Assembly: GCA_042216675.1 (NCBI GenBank)
Contig: JBDGTS010000011.1
Location: forward strand, 1 to 20,108
Direction: 5' to 3'
Source of the DNA: Halobacteriaceae archaeon
Lineage (GTDB): Archaea; Halobacteriota; Halobacteria; Halobacteriales; Halobacteriaceae
Length of the DNA: 20,108 nt
This document shows, in pieces, positions 7,901 to 16,847 of this stretch. How positions within the stretch are numbered: the stretch's first letter is position 1; each line of letters opens with the position of its first letter. Both the position numbers and the translations under genes were made by a program. The notes beneath the pieces are model-generated. The model saw only the letters and a list, made by a program, of their open reading frames with translations, was not told where the DNA came from and did no database searches.

Positions 7901-8485
7901 ATGACAGACGACGGCCGGCCCGTCGTCCTCGTCGTGGAGGACGAACCCGACGTGGCCGAAACCTACGAGTTCTGGCTGGCCGACGAGTACGAGGTCAGGC
8001 GCGCCGAGTCAGGCGACGACGCCCTCGAACTCGTCGACGACGAGGTCGACGTGATTCTCCTCGACCGGATGATGCCGGGCACCCCCGGCGACGAGGTGTT
8101 GCGCGAGATGCGCGACCGCGGCATCGACTGCCCCGTGGCGATGGTGTCCGCCGTCGACCCGGGCTTCGACGTCATCGAGATGGGCTTCGACGACTACGTG
8201 GCCAAGCCGCCCCGTCGCGACGAACTGCTGGAGACTGTCGCGGAACTCCTCGAACGCGCGACGTACGAGCGAGACGTCCGCCGGCTCCGCACGCTGATTC
8301 GAAAGAAGGCGCTCCTCGAAGCCGAGAAGAGCCCCGAGCAACTGGCGGCCAACGACGCGTTCGGACGGCTGAGAGACGACATCGAGGCGCTTCGGGCGGA
8401 ACTGCAGGCGGAGAGCGAACCGCTGGCCGACGACGTGGCCTTCGTCTCGGCGCTCCGTGACCTCACGGATGATGAGGATGCCTGA
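7901..8485 (+). CDS. Response regulator: receiver domain plus C-terminal HalX-type helical domain
   Basis: VLVVEDE, phosphoacceptor LLDRMMP, MVSAV, GFDDYVAKP; C-terminal KKALLEAEKS..L..ND.F..L...IE.LR typical of HalX; TAATAT at 7871-7876 upstream. Confidence 0.85.
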   Translation: MTDDGRPVVLVVEDEPDVAETYEFWLADEYEVRRAESGDDALELVDDEVDVILLDRMMPGTPGDEVLREMRDRGIDCPVAMVSAVDPGFDVIEMGFDDYVAKPPRRDELLETVAELLERATYERDVRRLRTLIRKKALLEAEKSPEQLAANDAFGRLRDDIEALRAELQAESEPLADDVAFVSALRDLTDDEDA

Positions 8486-9116
8486 GGAGTTCGCGCTCGG
8501 CGAGGCCCTCCCCGGCGGCCCCGTGCCGCCCGGGTCGAACGTCCTCGTCAGCGGCGGCCGCGCCACCGCGCCGCGCCGCGTCGCCCTCTCCATCCTCGAC
8601 GCGGGCTTTCGAACTGGGGAACCGGCCATCGTCGTCTCCGCGGACCGGAGCGCGCGGCAGTTGGGCCGCGAGTACGCCGAGAGCTTCGGCGCCGACCCCG
8701 ACCCCGAGCTGTTCCGCGTCGTGAACTGCTCGGGCACCAGCGCCGAGAGCGAGTACGAGCGAGAGTGGGTGTCATCGCCGGGGGACCTCACCGGCATCGG
8801 GATGGGCGTCGTCAAGGCCGGCCGCGACATCGCGGCGGCGGACCCGACGCGCGTCGCGGTCCTCTCGCTCTCGACGATTCTCCAGTACGGGTCGCTGGAC
8901 CGCACGTTCAGTTTCACGCACGTCCTCTCGGGCCGCATCGCCGCAGAGGACCGCCTCGGCGTGTTCACCCTCGACCCGACGACCCACGAGGAGCGAGCGG
9001 TGAACTCACTGACGTCGCTGTTCGACAGGGTGTGTGAACTCAGAGAGCGCGACGGCACCCGCGAGGCGCGCGTCGTCGGCGGGCCCCGCGGCGCGACGGC
9101 GTGGAAGCCGTTTTAG
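8478..9116 (+). CDS. Haloarchaeal RecA/KaiC-like fold protein with degenerate P-loop (DUF7504-like)
   Basis: PGSNVLVSG, VSSPGDLTGIG, SLSTILQY, F.HVLSGRI...G.FTLDP..H, LFD..ELR; start overlaps the regulator's stop by 8 bp (ATGs at 8469/8472 are alternatives). Confidence 0.72.
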   Translation: MPEEFALGEALPGGPVPPGSNVLVSGGRATAPRRVALSILDAGFRTGEPAIVVSADRSARQLGREYAESFGADPDPELFRVVNCSGTSAESEYEREWVSSPGDLTGIGMGVVKAGRDIAAADPTRVAVLSLSTILQYGSLDRTFSFTHVLSGRIAAEDRLGVFTLDPTTHEERAVNSLTSLFDRVCELRERDGTREARVVGGPRGATAWKPF

Positions 9117-10021
9117 TCGGCGAGTGCCGCCGTCGTCTCGAACTCGTCGGCGGCCACCGCCTCGGCGATGCGCTCGGGGTCGGCCTCCGGCGTCGCACCG
9201 GGATACTTCCGCTCGAAGTAGCCGACGATGTTCTCCACGTCGCGGGTGAGAAACTCCCGCGCGTTCTCGTGGTCGGTGGGGACGGCCTGCGGCCAGTCGA
9301 AGAGGGTGACGCCGTCCTCGCTGACGAAGACGTTGTACTCGCTCACGTCGGCGTGGACGTACCCCTCGCGGTAGGCGGCGGCCACCTCGCGCAGAATCAA
9401 GTCGAGGACGCCCGCGGCCTGTTTCGGGTCCAGATTCGCCGTCGACAGTTCGACGCCTTCCATCCGGTCCATCAACACCGCGTGGCGATTGTGGTCGACG
9501 GGCCGTGGCACCGACACGTCGGGGTAGAGCGCTTCGAGGGCGTCGTACTCCCGTTCGGCGGCGATGCGCGCGGTGTAGAGCCACGACGTGTGCTCCTTGT
9601 CGCTGGTGTAGTCCCGGCCGCGGTGGACCTCCCGGAAGTTCGTGTACCCCTCGCGGTGGAACTTCAGGGCGAGGGGCCGGTACGAGCGCACCTCCACCAC
9701 GTCGCTCTCCTTGCCGACGCCGAGAGGCGCGCCGACGCCCTCGATGCTGTCCCGCTCCGCGAAGGTGTGGAGCGCCAGCACGTCGTACCCCTCGGCGGTG
9801 AGTTTGTACCCCTCGTACTGGATGGTGTTTCGCTCGATGAGGTCCTCGTCGAGCGTTCTGTCGATGCGGTAGTCCACCTCCTCGGCGTTGAGGCGGGCGA
9901 ACTGGGTCAGCTTCTCACGCTGGACCCACTCCGAGAAGCGCATGCCGTGTTCCACGCCGGAGAGGAGATAGAAGTCCTCAGGCTCCAGTTCCGCGACGAC
10001 CGGAGCGACGTTCTGGACCAT
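9113..10021 (-). CDS. rio2: RIO-type Ser/Thr kinase Rio2
   Basis: N-terminal winged-helix region, GVGKESDV, LKFHREGYTNF, catalytic HADVSEYNV and FDWPQ; TATA-like TTTTAC at 10047-10052. Confidence 0.93.
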   Translation of the reverse strand: MVQNVAPVVAELEPEDFYLLSGVEHGMRFSEWVQREKLTQFARLNAEEVDYRIDRTLDEDLIERNTIQYEGYKLTAEGYDVLALHTFAERDSIEGVGAPLGVGKESDVVEVRSYRPLALKFHREGYTNFREVHRGRDYTSDKEHTSWLYTARIAAEREYDALEALYPDVSVPRPVDHNRHAVLMDRMEGVELSTANLDPKQAAGVLDLILREVAAAYREGYVHADVSEYNVFVSEDGVTLFDWPQAVPTDHENAREFLTRDVENIVGYFERKYPGATPEADPERIAEAVAADEFETTAALAD

Positions 10022-10099
10022 GTTGCCCCCGCTAGGCGAGGGGCGGGTAAAAGTCCCGCGGGGCGCCACAATTTTCCGATTGCTGTCACATTATCGGCC

Positions 10100-10471
10100 A
10101 TGGAACGCCGGTCGCTCGTCGCTCTGGTGCTCGCCGCCGCCTTCGCCACGGGCGCGGGTCTGTCGGCGGTGGAAGCCGACGCAGTCACTGTCGCCACCGT
10201 CCTCTCCGCACTCCTGTCGGGGCTCGGGGCCGTCTTCGTCATCTGGGCACCCCTGATTTACGTCACCGAGCACCGCCCGGAGGGCGGCCCCCTCGCCACG
10301 GCGGTGTTTCTCGCACCCCTCGTGGCGGCCGTCGTCGCCGCCGGCGCCGTCTGGTACACGGGCGGCCGCGTCGAGGGCACCATCTGGGCCGGCTTCTGGG
10401 CCTTCGTCGCCGTCGTCTTCGTCATCGCCGTCAGCGTCCAGTTCGTCGCGGGCTACCGCGAGGCGGCGTAA
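10100..10471 (+). CDS. Small integral membrane protein (about 4 TM segments), function unknown
   Basis: ATG at 10100, 123 aa with four hydrophobic stretches; fills the gap between rio2 and the phoU-like gene. Confidence 0.7.
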   Translation: MERRSLVALVLAAAFATGAGLSAVEADAVTVATVLSALLSGLGAVFVIWAPLIYVTEHRPEGGPLATAVFLAPLVAAVVAAGAVWYTGGRVEGTIWAGFWAFVAVVFVIAVSVQFVAGYREAA

Positions 10472-10472
10472 C

Positions 10473-11459
10473 TCACTCCTCGCGCACGTCCGCCCGGAGC
10501 GCCGCCCGCGCAATCGTCTCGCCGGTGCCGGCGGTCCGCGCCAGACACTCCAGCACGCGCCCGCCGCGGGGCGTCTCGGCCGCCGTCTCGTCCACCGCGG
10601 CGACTGTCTCCGACGCACCGTCGAGGGCGTCGTGAGCCGCCGCCACGTCGCCGTCCCGGAACACCGCGTCCGTCGCGTCGTCGACGGCGTCGCGCGCGGC
10701 GCTCGCACGGGCCCGAACCCGGGCCGCCTCGTCCTCGGGGAGCGGGTCCGACGACGCGGCCCGCGCGATGCGAACGCCCTGTCGCGCCACGCCGTCGAGC
10801 GCTCGGGCCGCGACGGCGTAGTCCCGGAGCGTCGGCCGGGAGACGCCCAGCGCGTCCGTCTCGCCGAGCGACACCAGCGAACGCTCGAGGTGCCGCCCGA
10901 CCATGCGGTGCAGGCGCGCCGCCGCGGCCGCCCTGTCGGCGAGTCGCTCGTCCGCGTCGGCGTCGCCCTCGACGGCCGCTTCCGTCCCCTCGCGGTGGAC
11001 CGAGAGGGCGAGAAAGCGGAGTTGGGCTACCGACTGCTGGACGGACACGTCGCGGGGGTCCAGCAGCGTCTGCAGGCGAATCGTCTCCTCGTCGGTGGTC
11101 CGAACCTCCGCGCCGGTGAGGTGCGTGGCGACGCGGCGCGCGGCGCGCCGTTGCTCGTCCGTGAACGACGACGCGTGGCTGAGCGTCGCCGTCTCGAAGC
11201 CGGCGTCGTGGGTGGCCCGGAGGGCGCGTCGGACTCGTTCGGGGGCGTCGCTCTCGACGGTGACGTGGACGGCGGTCAGCGCCTCGGCGTCGGCGTCCGG
11301 TCCGCGCACGACGATGGCGCCGTCGGCGTGCCGGTAGAGGTTTACCTCCGCGCCCGCGTCCAGTCCCTGCTCGGTCGCCCACTGCTTCGGGAGCGACACC
11401 GTCACGGTGCCGCCGCCCACGGCCTGCAGTTTCCGCGTCTCTCCCTCGCTCACCTGCAT
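10473..11459 (-). CDS. phoU: Archaeal phosphate uptake regulator (AbrB-like N-terminus plus PhoU-like domains)
   Basis: ETRKLQAVGGGTVTVSLPKQWA N-terminal motif; last gene of the pst operon, TGATG overlap with pstB. Confidence 0.8.
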   Translation of the reverse strand: MQVSEGETRKLQAVGGGTVTVSLPKQWATEQGLDAGAEVNLYRHADGAIVVRGPDADAEALTAVHVTVESDAPERVRRALRATHDAGFETATLSHASSFTDEQRRAARRVATHLTGAEVRTTDEETIRLQTLLDPRDVSVQQSVAQLRFLALSVHREGTEAAVEGDADADERLADRAAAAARLHRMVGRHLERSLVSLGETDALGVSRPTLRDYAVAARALDGVARQGVRIARAASSDPLPEDEAARVRARASAARDAVDDATDAVFRDGDVAAAHDALDGASETVAAVDETAAETPRGGRVLECLARTAGTGETIARAALRADVREE

Positions 11460-12352
11460 CACCCGAACTTCCCGGTGACGTAGTCCTCGACGCGTTGACT
11501 CTCCGGGTTCTCGAAGATCTTCTCGGTGTCGTCGTACTCGACGAGTTCGCCGCCGGTGAGGAAGACGGCCGTCTGGTCGGAGATGCGCGAGGCCTGTTGC
11601 ATGTTGTGGGTGACGATGACGACGGTGTACTCCTCCGCGAGCCCCTCGATGAGGTCTTCGATTTTGCTCGTCGCGACGGGGTCGAGGGCGCTCGCGGGTT
11701 CGTCCATCAGGATGACTTCGGGGTCGACCGCGAGACACCGGGCGAGACACAGCCGCTGTTGCTGGCCGCCGGAGAGGCCGAGCGCGTTGTCGTCGAGGCG
11801 GTCGTTCACCTCGTCCCAGAGGGCGGCGTCGCGGAGCGCCGATTCGAGCAGTTCCTCCTCCTTCTCGATGGTCGCCCGCCCGGTCAAACGCGCCAGCAGG
11901 CCGCGTTCGAGGTCGCCGTGCTTGCGCGGGCCGTAGGTGACGTTGTCCCGAATCGACTTCGGGAACGGGTTCGGCGACTGGAACACCATCCCGACCCGCT
12001 TGCGCAGTTCCACGAGGTCGATGTTCTCGTCGTATATCTCCTTGCCGTCGAGTTCCACCGACCCGTCGACGCTAGCGGCGTCGATGCGGTCGTTCATCCG
12101 GTTCAGACAGCGCAGGAACGTCGACTTCCCACACCCGGAGGGGCCGACCAGCGCGGTGATGCTCTCGGCGGGGATGTCCATCGACACCCCCTTCAGCGCG
12201 TGGTTGTCGCCGTAGTGGACGTCGAGGGAGTCGACGGACAGTTTCGAGTCGCCGTCGAACTCGTACTCGCTCCATGCGCTCTGTGTCTCCTCGTCGCTCT
12301 CGGTCTCGGTCCTCGTGCGTCGTGGCTCGGTGGCCTGAACGGTTTCATTCAT
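11459..12352 (-). CDS. pstB: Phosphate ABC transporter ATP-binding protein PstB
   Basis: [66 protein letters not shown]. Confidence 0.96.
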   Translation of the reverse strand: MNETVQATEPRRTRTETESDEETQSAWSEYEFDGDSKLSVDSLDVHYGDNHALKGVSMDIPAESITALVGPSGCGKSTFLRCLNRMNDRIDAASVDGSVELDGKEIYDENIDLVELRKRVGMVFQSPNPFPKSIRDNVTYGPRKHGDLERGLLARLTGRATIEKEEELLESALRDAALWDEVNDRLDDNALGLSGGQQQRLCLARCLAVDPEVILMDEPASALDPVATSKIEDLIEGLAEEYTVVIVTHNMQQASRISDQTAVFLTGGELVEYDDTEKIFENPESQRVEDYVTGKFG

Positions 12353-14345
12353 GGTTCAGTTTGCGGCGGAAGTGTTTGCGCATCGCGATGCCGACGGCGT
12401 AGAACGACAGCACCAACAGGAGGAGCACGAACGCCGCGCCCCACCCCTGCTCGATGGGCGCCGAGACGCCGTGGGAGATGATGGTCCAGATGCGGAGCGG
12501 GAGCGCCCCGGAACTGCTCAACAGGGCGTCGTTGGCGATAAACGGCGGCTCCCCGACGAAGCGGAAGCCGCGCAGGACGTGGGGCGCCTCGCGGGCGTTG
12601 AGCCGACTGCTCACGACGAGCAGGATCGGCGCCGTCTCGCCCGCGATGCGGCCGATGCCGAGGATGACGCCCGTGAGGATGCCCGGCATCGCCGCCGGCA
12701 GGACGACGCTCCGAATCGTCTGCCACTTCGTCACGCCGAGGGCGGCGCTCGCGTCCCGGTACTCGTCGGGCACGGCGATGATGGCCTCGCGGGCCGTGAT
12801 GAGCACCAGCGGAATCAGCATGAAAGCCAACACGAGTTGGCCCGCCAGAATCGACTGGCTGATGCCGAGTTCGAGGACGATAAACGAGAACGCGAACAGC
12901 CCGTACACCACGCTCGGCGTGGACCAGAGCGCGTTCGTCGCCGTCTCCACCACGCGGGTGAAGCCGGACTGCTCGGCGAACTCCGAGAGGTACACCGCCG
13001 CGCCGACGGCGAGGGGGACGCCGATGAGCACCGCCCCGAGGACGATCCAGAACGTCCCGAGCAGGGGCGGGAGGATGCCGTTGGGGATTTCGGGCACGAA
13101 GGAGTAGCCCAACTCGACGAACGGCCAGCGAACGTCCAGTATCGGGACCGAGACGCCGAGTTCGGCGACGGTCAGGGAGCCGACGCCGACGGAGGACCCC
13201 TTCAGCGCCGGCCCCGCGCCGCGGACGACGACGAAGCCGACGACGAACAGCATCGCGCCGATCATGGCGCCGGCGTTGAGGTACATCAGCAAGAACGCGC
13301 CCCGCTCCCGGCCCTCGGCGCCGAACCCGGCGCGGGCCTTCGCCGCCGCCCACCCGACGAGGACGGCCGCGAGTATCGTCAGGCCCGGGACCGCGACCGT
13401 GCCGGTGACGCCGCCCCCGGCACCGGCGTTCGTGCTCGCCGTGTGTGGCACGTTTGTCACGTCCCACACCCACGACGGGCCGATGACGCCGGTGAGAAAC
13501 ACCGCGCCGACGAACACCGCGAACAGACCCGTCGGGAGCGTCGAGCCGACGTCCTCGCGCGGGCCGAGCGTCGCCGCGACGGCGACGGCGGCGCCGAGGA
13601 AGCCGAGTGCGCTCCAGCCGAATACGCCGGCGGCGTCCTGCCACCCGTAGTAGAGGCCCGCGAGGCCGCCGACGCCCGCGAGGACGACGGCCCCGTCGCG
13701 GAGGACCGCGTCGCGCCGGTCGTAACGCACGAGTGCGACCGCCGGGACGCCGACGAACAGGCCCGCCGCCAGCGTCGCTGGCGGGAGCAGGCCGCCGAAG
13801 CCGACGACCATCGCCCCGGCCCCGACCGCCGCGGCGACGAGCGACGCCGCGCCGACGACGCCCGTGGTCCGGTCGCTCGCGTCGAATCGGGTGCGGGTCC
13901 ACCCGACGACGCTCGTGGCGGCGGAGAGACCGACGACGCCCGCGGCGCCGACGCCGAACGCGCCCCAGACGAGATACCAGAGCAGACCCGTGTTGCCGAC
14001 GCCGAACGTCTGGGAGGCGGCGAGGGCCACCGTCGCGAACGTCACCGCGCCGACGCCGAGGCCGGTGACGACCCCCGCCGCGTGGTCGGGGTTGGTGTCC
14101 ACGGCGTCGAGGCGGGACGCGACGCCGAAGCCGACGACCGAGAGGCCAGCGAGGACCAACAGCCCGCCGAAGACCCGCGTCGTCGGGGCATCCGCGAGCG
14201 GGAGCCACCCGAACAGGACGGCGACCGGCGCCAGCACGAGTCCGACCGAGACGACGGTGACGAGGAGCGTCAGCCGCTCGTAGGGGGTTTCGTCGTCGCG
14301 CACGAGCGACGCCTCGCCCGTCGCGGTGGCGTGGACGTCGCTCAC
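12345..14345 (-). CDS. pstA: Phosphate ABC transporter permease PstA with long N-terminal membrane extension
   Basis: [30 protein letters not shown] loop ([22 protein letters not shown]), GRIAGETAP; GTG start overlaps pstC stop (GTGA). Confidence 0.92.
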   Translation of the reverse strand: MSDVHATATGEASLVRDDETPYERLTLLVTVVSVGLVLAPVAVLFGWLPLADAPTTRVFGGLLVLAGLSVVGFGVASRLDAVDTNPDHAAGVVTGLGVGAVTFATVALAASQTFGVGNTGLLWYLVWGAFGVGAAGVVGLSAATSVVGWTRTRFDASDRTTGVVGAASLVAAAVGAGAMVVGFGGLLPPATLAAGLFVGVPAVALVRYDRRDAVLRDGAVVLAGVGGLAGLYYGWQDAAGVFGWSALGFLGAAVAVAATLGPREDVGSTLPTGLFAVFVGAVFLTGVIGPSWVWDVTNVPHTASTNAGAGGGVTGTVAVPGLTILAAVLVGWAAAKARAGFGAEGRERGAFLLMYLNAGAMIGAMLFVVGFVVVRGAGPALKGSSVGVGSLTVAELGVSVPILDVRWPFVELGYSFVPEIPNGILPPLLGTFWIVLGAVLIGVPLAVGAAVYLSEFAEQSGFTRVVETATNALWSTPSVVYGLFAFSFIVLELGISQSILAGQLVLAFMLIPLVLITAREAIIAVPDEYRDASAALGVTKWQTIRSVVLPAAMPGILTGVILGIGRIAGETAPILLVVSSRLNAREAPHVLRGFRFVGEPPFIANDALLSSSGALPLRIWTIISHGVSAPIEQGWGAAFVLLLLVLSFYAVGIAMRKHFRRKLNHE

Positions 14346-15412
14346 GACTCACCACCCAGCCGTTCGGCCATCCGCGCCTCGACGACCTGTGAGGCGATGC
14401 TGAGCCCGCTCACGATGACGAAGAGGACGACGCCCGCCGCGAACAGCGCGTCCATCCCCGTCTCCGAGGCGTTGCCGTAGAAATTCGCGATGAGCGTCGT
14501 GAGCGTCTGTCCCTCGTCGTAGGCGTCGAAGAACGGGACCGGCAGCTCGTAGGACGCGCCGAGGATGGCCGCCGCGGCCATCGTCTCCCCGACGGCCCGG
14601 CCGATGCCGAGCAGGACGGCCGCCGAGACGCCCGAGAACGCTGCCGGGATGCTCACGCTCTTCATCGTCTGCCAGTCCGTCGCGCCGAGCGCCACCGATC
14701 CGTCGGCCATCGCGTCGGGGACGCTCTCGAGGGCGTCCTCGGCGACGGAGACGACGGTGGGGAGCGCCATGACGCCCACGACGATGCCGGCGAGGAGGAA
14801 ACTCCCCTTCACAGAGTCGAGCATCGCGTCGCGAAAGAAGTTGCTCAGCACGGTGAACCCGAGGAAGCCGTAGACGATGGAGGGGATGCCCGCCAGTATC
14901 TCGATGCCCGGCTTCACTACTTCACGGACCGGGTCGGACGCGACTTCGTTGACGAACAGCGCCCCCGCGACGCCCAGCGGCGCGGCCACCGTCACCGCGA
15001 CGGCGGTCAGCATCACCGTGCCCACGATGGCCGGGAACAGGGACAGTTTCTGCAGGCCCGGCGCCCAGAGGCGCCCGCTGGACTTCGTCAGCAGCGTCAG
15101 TCCGTGCGCGTCGAAGGCGTGCCACGCCCGCTTGAACAGGAACACGACGATGAGCCCCAGAATCAGGAGCGTGGACATCGTGGCGACGAAGGTGAGCGAG
15201 CGGGCGGCGAGCGAGCGGTGGAACACCCAGCCGTACGCGGCGACGGCCGCGAACGCGAGCAGCGGGTACGTGGCCGTCGCCGGGTCGCCGAGAAACAGGA
15301 CGGCGACGGCGGCGACGAGCGACCCCGCACCCGCGAGGCCGGCGACGAGCGCCGACAGGTCGACGTCGAGGTTCGCACCCATCCGGCGGTCGAATTCGGT
15401 TCGGAGTTGCAT
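14342..15412 (-). CDS. pstC: Phosphate ABC transporter permease PstC
   Basis: KPGIEILAGIPSIVYG, MALPTVVSVAEDAL, ALGATDWQT, GRAVGETMA. Confidence 0.93.
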   Translation of the reverse strand: MQLRTEFDRRMGANLDVDLSALVAGLAGAGSLVAAVAVLFLGDPATATYPLLAFAAVAAYGWVFHRSLAARSLTFVATMSTLLILGLIVVFLFKRAWHAFDAHGLTLLTKSSGRLWAPGLQKLSLFPAIVGTVMLTAVAVTVAAPLGVAGALFVNEVASDPVREVVKPGIEILAGIPSIVYGFLGFTVLSNFFRDAMLDSVKGSFLLAGIVVGVMALPTVVSVAEDALESVPDAMADGSVALGATDWQTMKSVSIPAAFSGVSAAVLLGIGRAVGETMAAAAILGASYELPVPFFDAYDEGQTLTTLIANFYGNASETGMDALFAAGVVLFVIVSGLSIASQVVEARMAERLGGES

Positions 15413-15472
15413 TACGTTGAATACTGTATTGAAAGCGAAAGCGGTCGATGTCGATGCCCCGCCAGCCGTCGG

Positions 15473-16666
15473 TTACGACGGGATCTGGGCGGGTTCGGGC
15501 AGTTTCTCCAGCTGTTTCTGCTGCCGGTCGCTGGGCAGCTTGAAGTAGTTGTTCGACTCGACGAAGGTGGACTGACCGAAGTTCTCCAGCACCATGTTGA
15601 GGATGACGGCCTCCTTCTCGGAGGTGTCCTCCCACGTGTACGCGTGGAGGTCACGGGAGAGCGGGTACTCCTTGGCGCCGAGGTTCTTGCCGTAGGAGTA
15701 GGTGGTGCCGTTCCAGTTCAGGTCGATGGGCGCGACGCCCGGCGAGTCGACGAACGCGAGCGCGAGGTACGAGATGGCGTTGTCGGCGTCGCCGACGGCG
15801 CGCGCGAGCTGCTGGTTCTTGCCGTAGCGCTGTGCCACCTGCGTCTGGGCGTTGGGGTCGCCGAAGACGTTCGAGACGAACGCGGTGCGGGTGCCAGAGT
15901 CGCGGGCGCGGCCGAGGACCTGAATCGGCCTGTCCGGGCCGCCGAGTTCGCTCCAGTTGGAGTACTCGCCCTTGTAGAGGCCCTTGAGTTCGTCACCGCT
16001 GATTTCGGTGAGGCCCGCGTCCTTGACCTCCTGCGAGACGACGATGGGCTGGCCGTCGACGCCGACGACGTGGTCCACGAACTTGTCGCGGCGCGACTGG
16101 GGCCAGTCGGGCTTCTCCGCGCTGACGGGGGCACTGGAGTCGCCGATGTCGAGCAGACCCTTGTAGAGGTTCTCACAGCCCGTCCCGGAGTGGCTCACGT
16201 TGGCCGTGAACAGGAACGGGGGCGTCCCCGGCCTGCCCGTGGACTCCTCGTTGCCGTACTCGTAGAAGGCCGCCCAGTAGTCCGCGAGGGACTTCTGGGT
16301 CTTGATCTGGCTGTCGTCGCGCGCCAGCGTGATGTCGTTTCGCTTGTCGCCCGTGCCGATCCAGTACTCGGCGTCCGAGGCGGGGAAGTCGGACCCCCAG
16401 TAGCCCGACGCTGTGTTCATGATGGGGTACACCGTGGAGGAGCCGCCGGCCTTCAGCGGCTCGTAGTTCTTCTGGCTCGACTTGCTCGTCGTCTGCGTCT
16501 CGCCGCCGGACTGCGGTGTGTTCGTGGCCGTCTCCGTCGCTGTGGCGTCGTCGCCGCCGTTCCCGCCGGAACAGCCAGCCAGCCCCGTCACGCCCGCGAC
16601 GCCAGTCGCCGCGAGGAATTTCCGCCGTGATACCGGCCCGTCCAGACGCTTGGAGTCACGCGTCAT
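15473..16666 (-). CDS. pstS: Phosphate ABC transporter substrate-binding lipoprotein PstS (Tat-exported)
   Basis: Twin-arginine SRRKFL, lipobox LAGC, Thr/Ser-rich linker, GSSTVYP, SHSGTG, R..DSGT, YPLSR.L. Confidence 0.93.
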   Translation of the reverse strand: MTRDSKRLDGPVSRRKFLAATGVAGVTGLAGCSGGNGGDDATATETATNTPQSGGETQTTSKSSQKNYEPLKAGGSSTVYPIMNTASGYWGSDFPASDAEYWIGTGDKRNDITLARDDSQIKTQKSLADYWAAFYEYGNEESTGRPGTPPFLFTANVSHSGTGCENLYKGLLDIGDSSAPVSAEKPDWPQSRRDKFVDHVVGVDGQPIVVSQEVKDAGLTEISGDELKGLYKGEYSNWSELGGPDRPIQVLGRARDSGTRTAFVSNVFGDPNAQTQVAQRYGKNQQLARAVGDADNAISYLALAFVDSPGVAPIDLNWNGTTYSYGKNLGAKEYPLSRDLHAYTWEDTSEKEAVILNMVLENFGQSTFVESNNYFKLPSDRQQKQLEKLPEPAQIPS

Positions 16667-16847
16667 CGAGTGAGAGAAGGGGGTTATACATTAAACCGGT
16701 TTATAATAGTGGTCACTACAGATGGGCAGCAATAAGTCCCGATGGGTACCCGAACATGCCACTATATTCGGATATGATGGACATAGAGGGATATATAGAC
16801 GCTGACGTGACGGAACGCATAACAGTCAGCGCGGGCAACGGTCGGCC
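16667..16847. promoter_or_regulatory. AT-rich divergent promoter region of pstS and the coiled-coil gene
   Basis: Sharp GC drop; minus-strand TTTAAT 24-29 bp upstream of the pstS ATG; palindrome TAAACCGGTTTA 16692-16703; repeated TATA/ATAT elements 16762-16798. Confidence 0.7.

Noticed and set aside
4230-7904. 1224-aa plus-strand ORF
   Set aside because: Antisense shadow of mutS and rpl15e; stop-poor because of high GC and codon bias; no motifs
9101-10099. Long N-terminal extension of the membrane protein ORF
   Set aside because: Antisense shadow of rio2; ATG 10100 fits the divergent promoter spacer
12349-14480. Long alternative ORFs (12351-14480 +, 12349-14355 -) over pstA
   Set aside because: Shadow or off-frame ORFs with Arg/Gly-rich low-complexity translation
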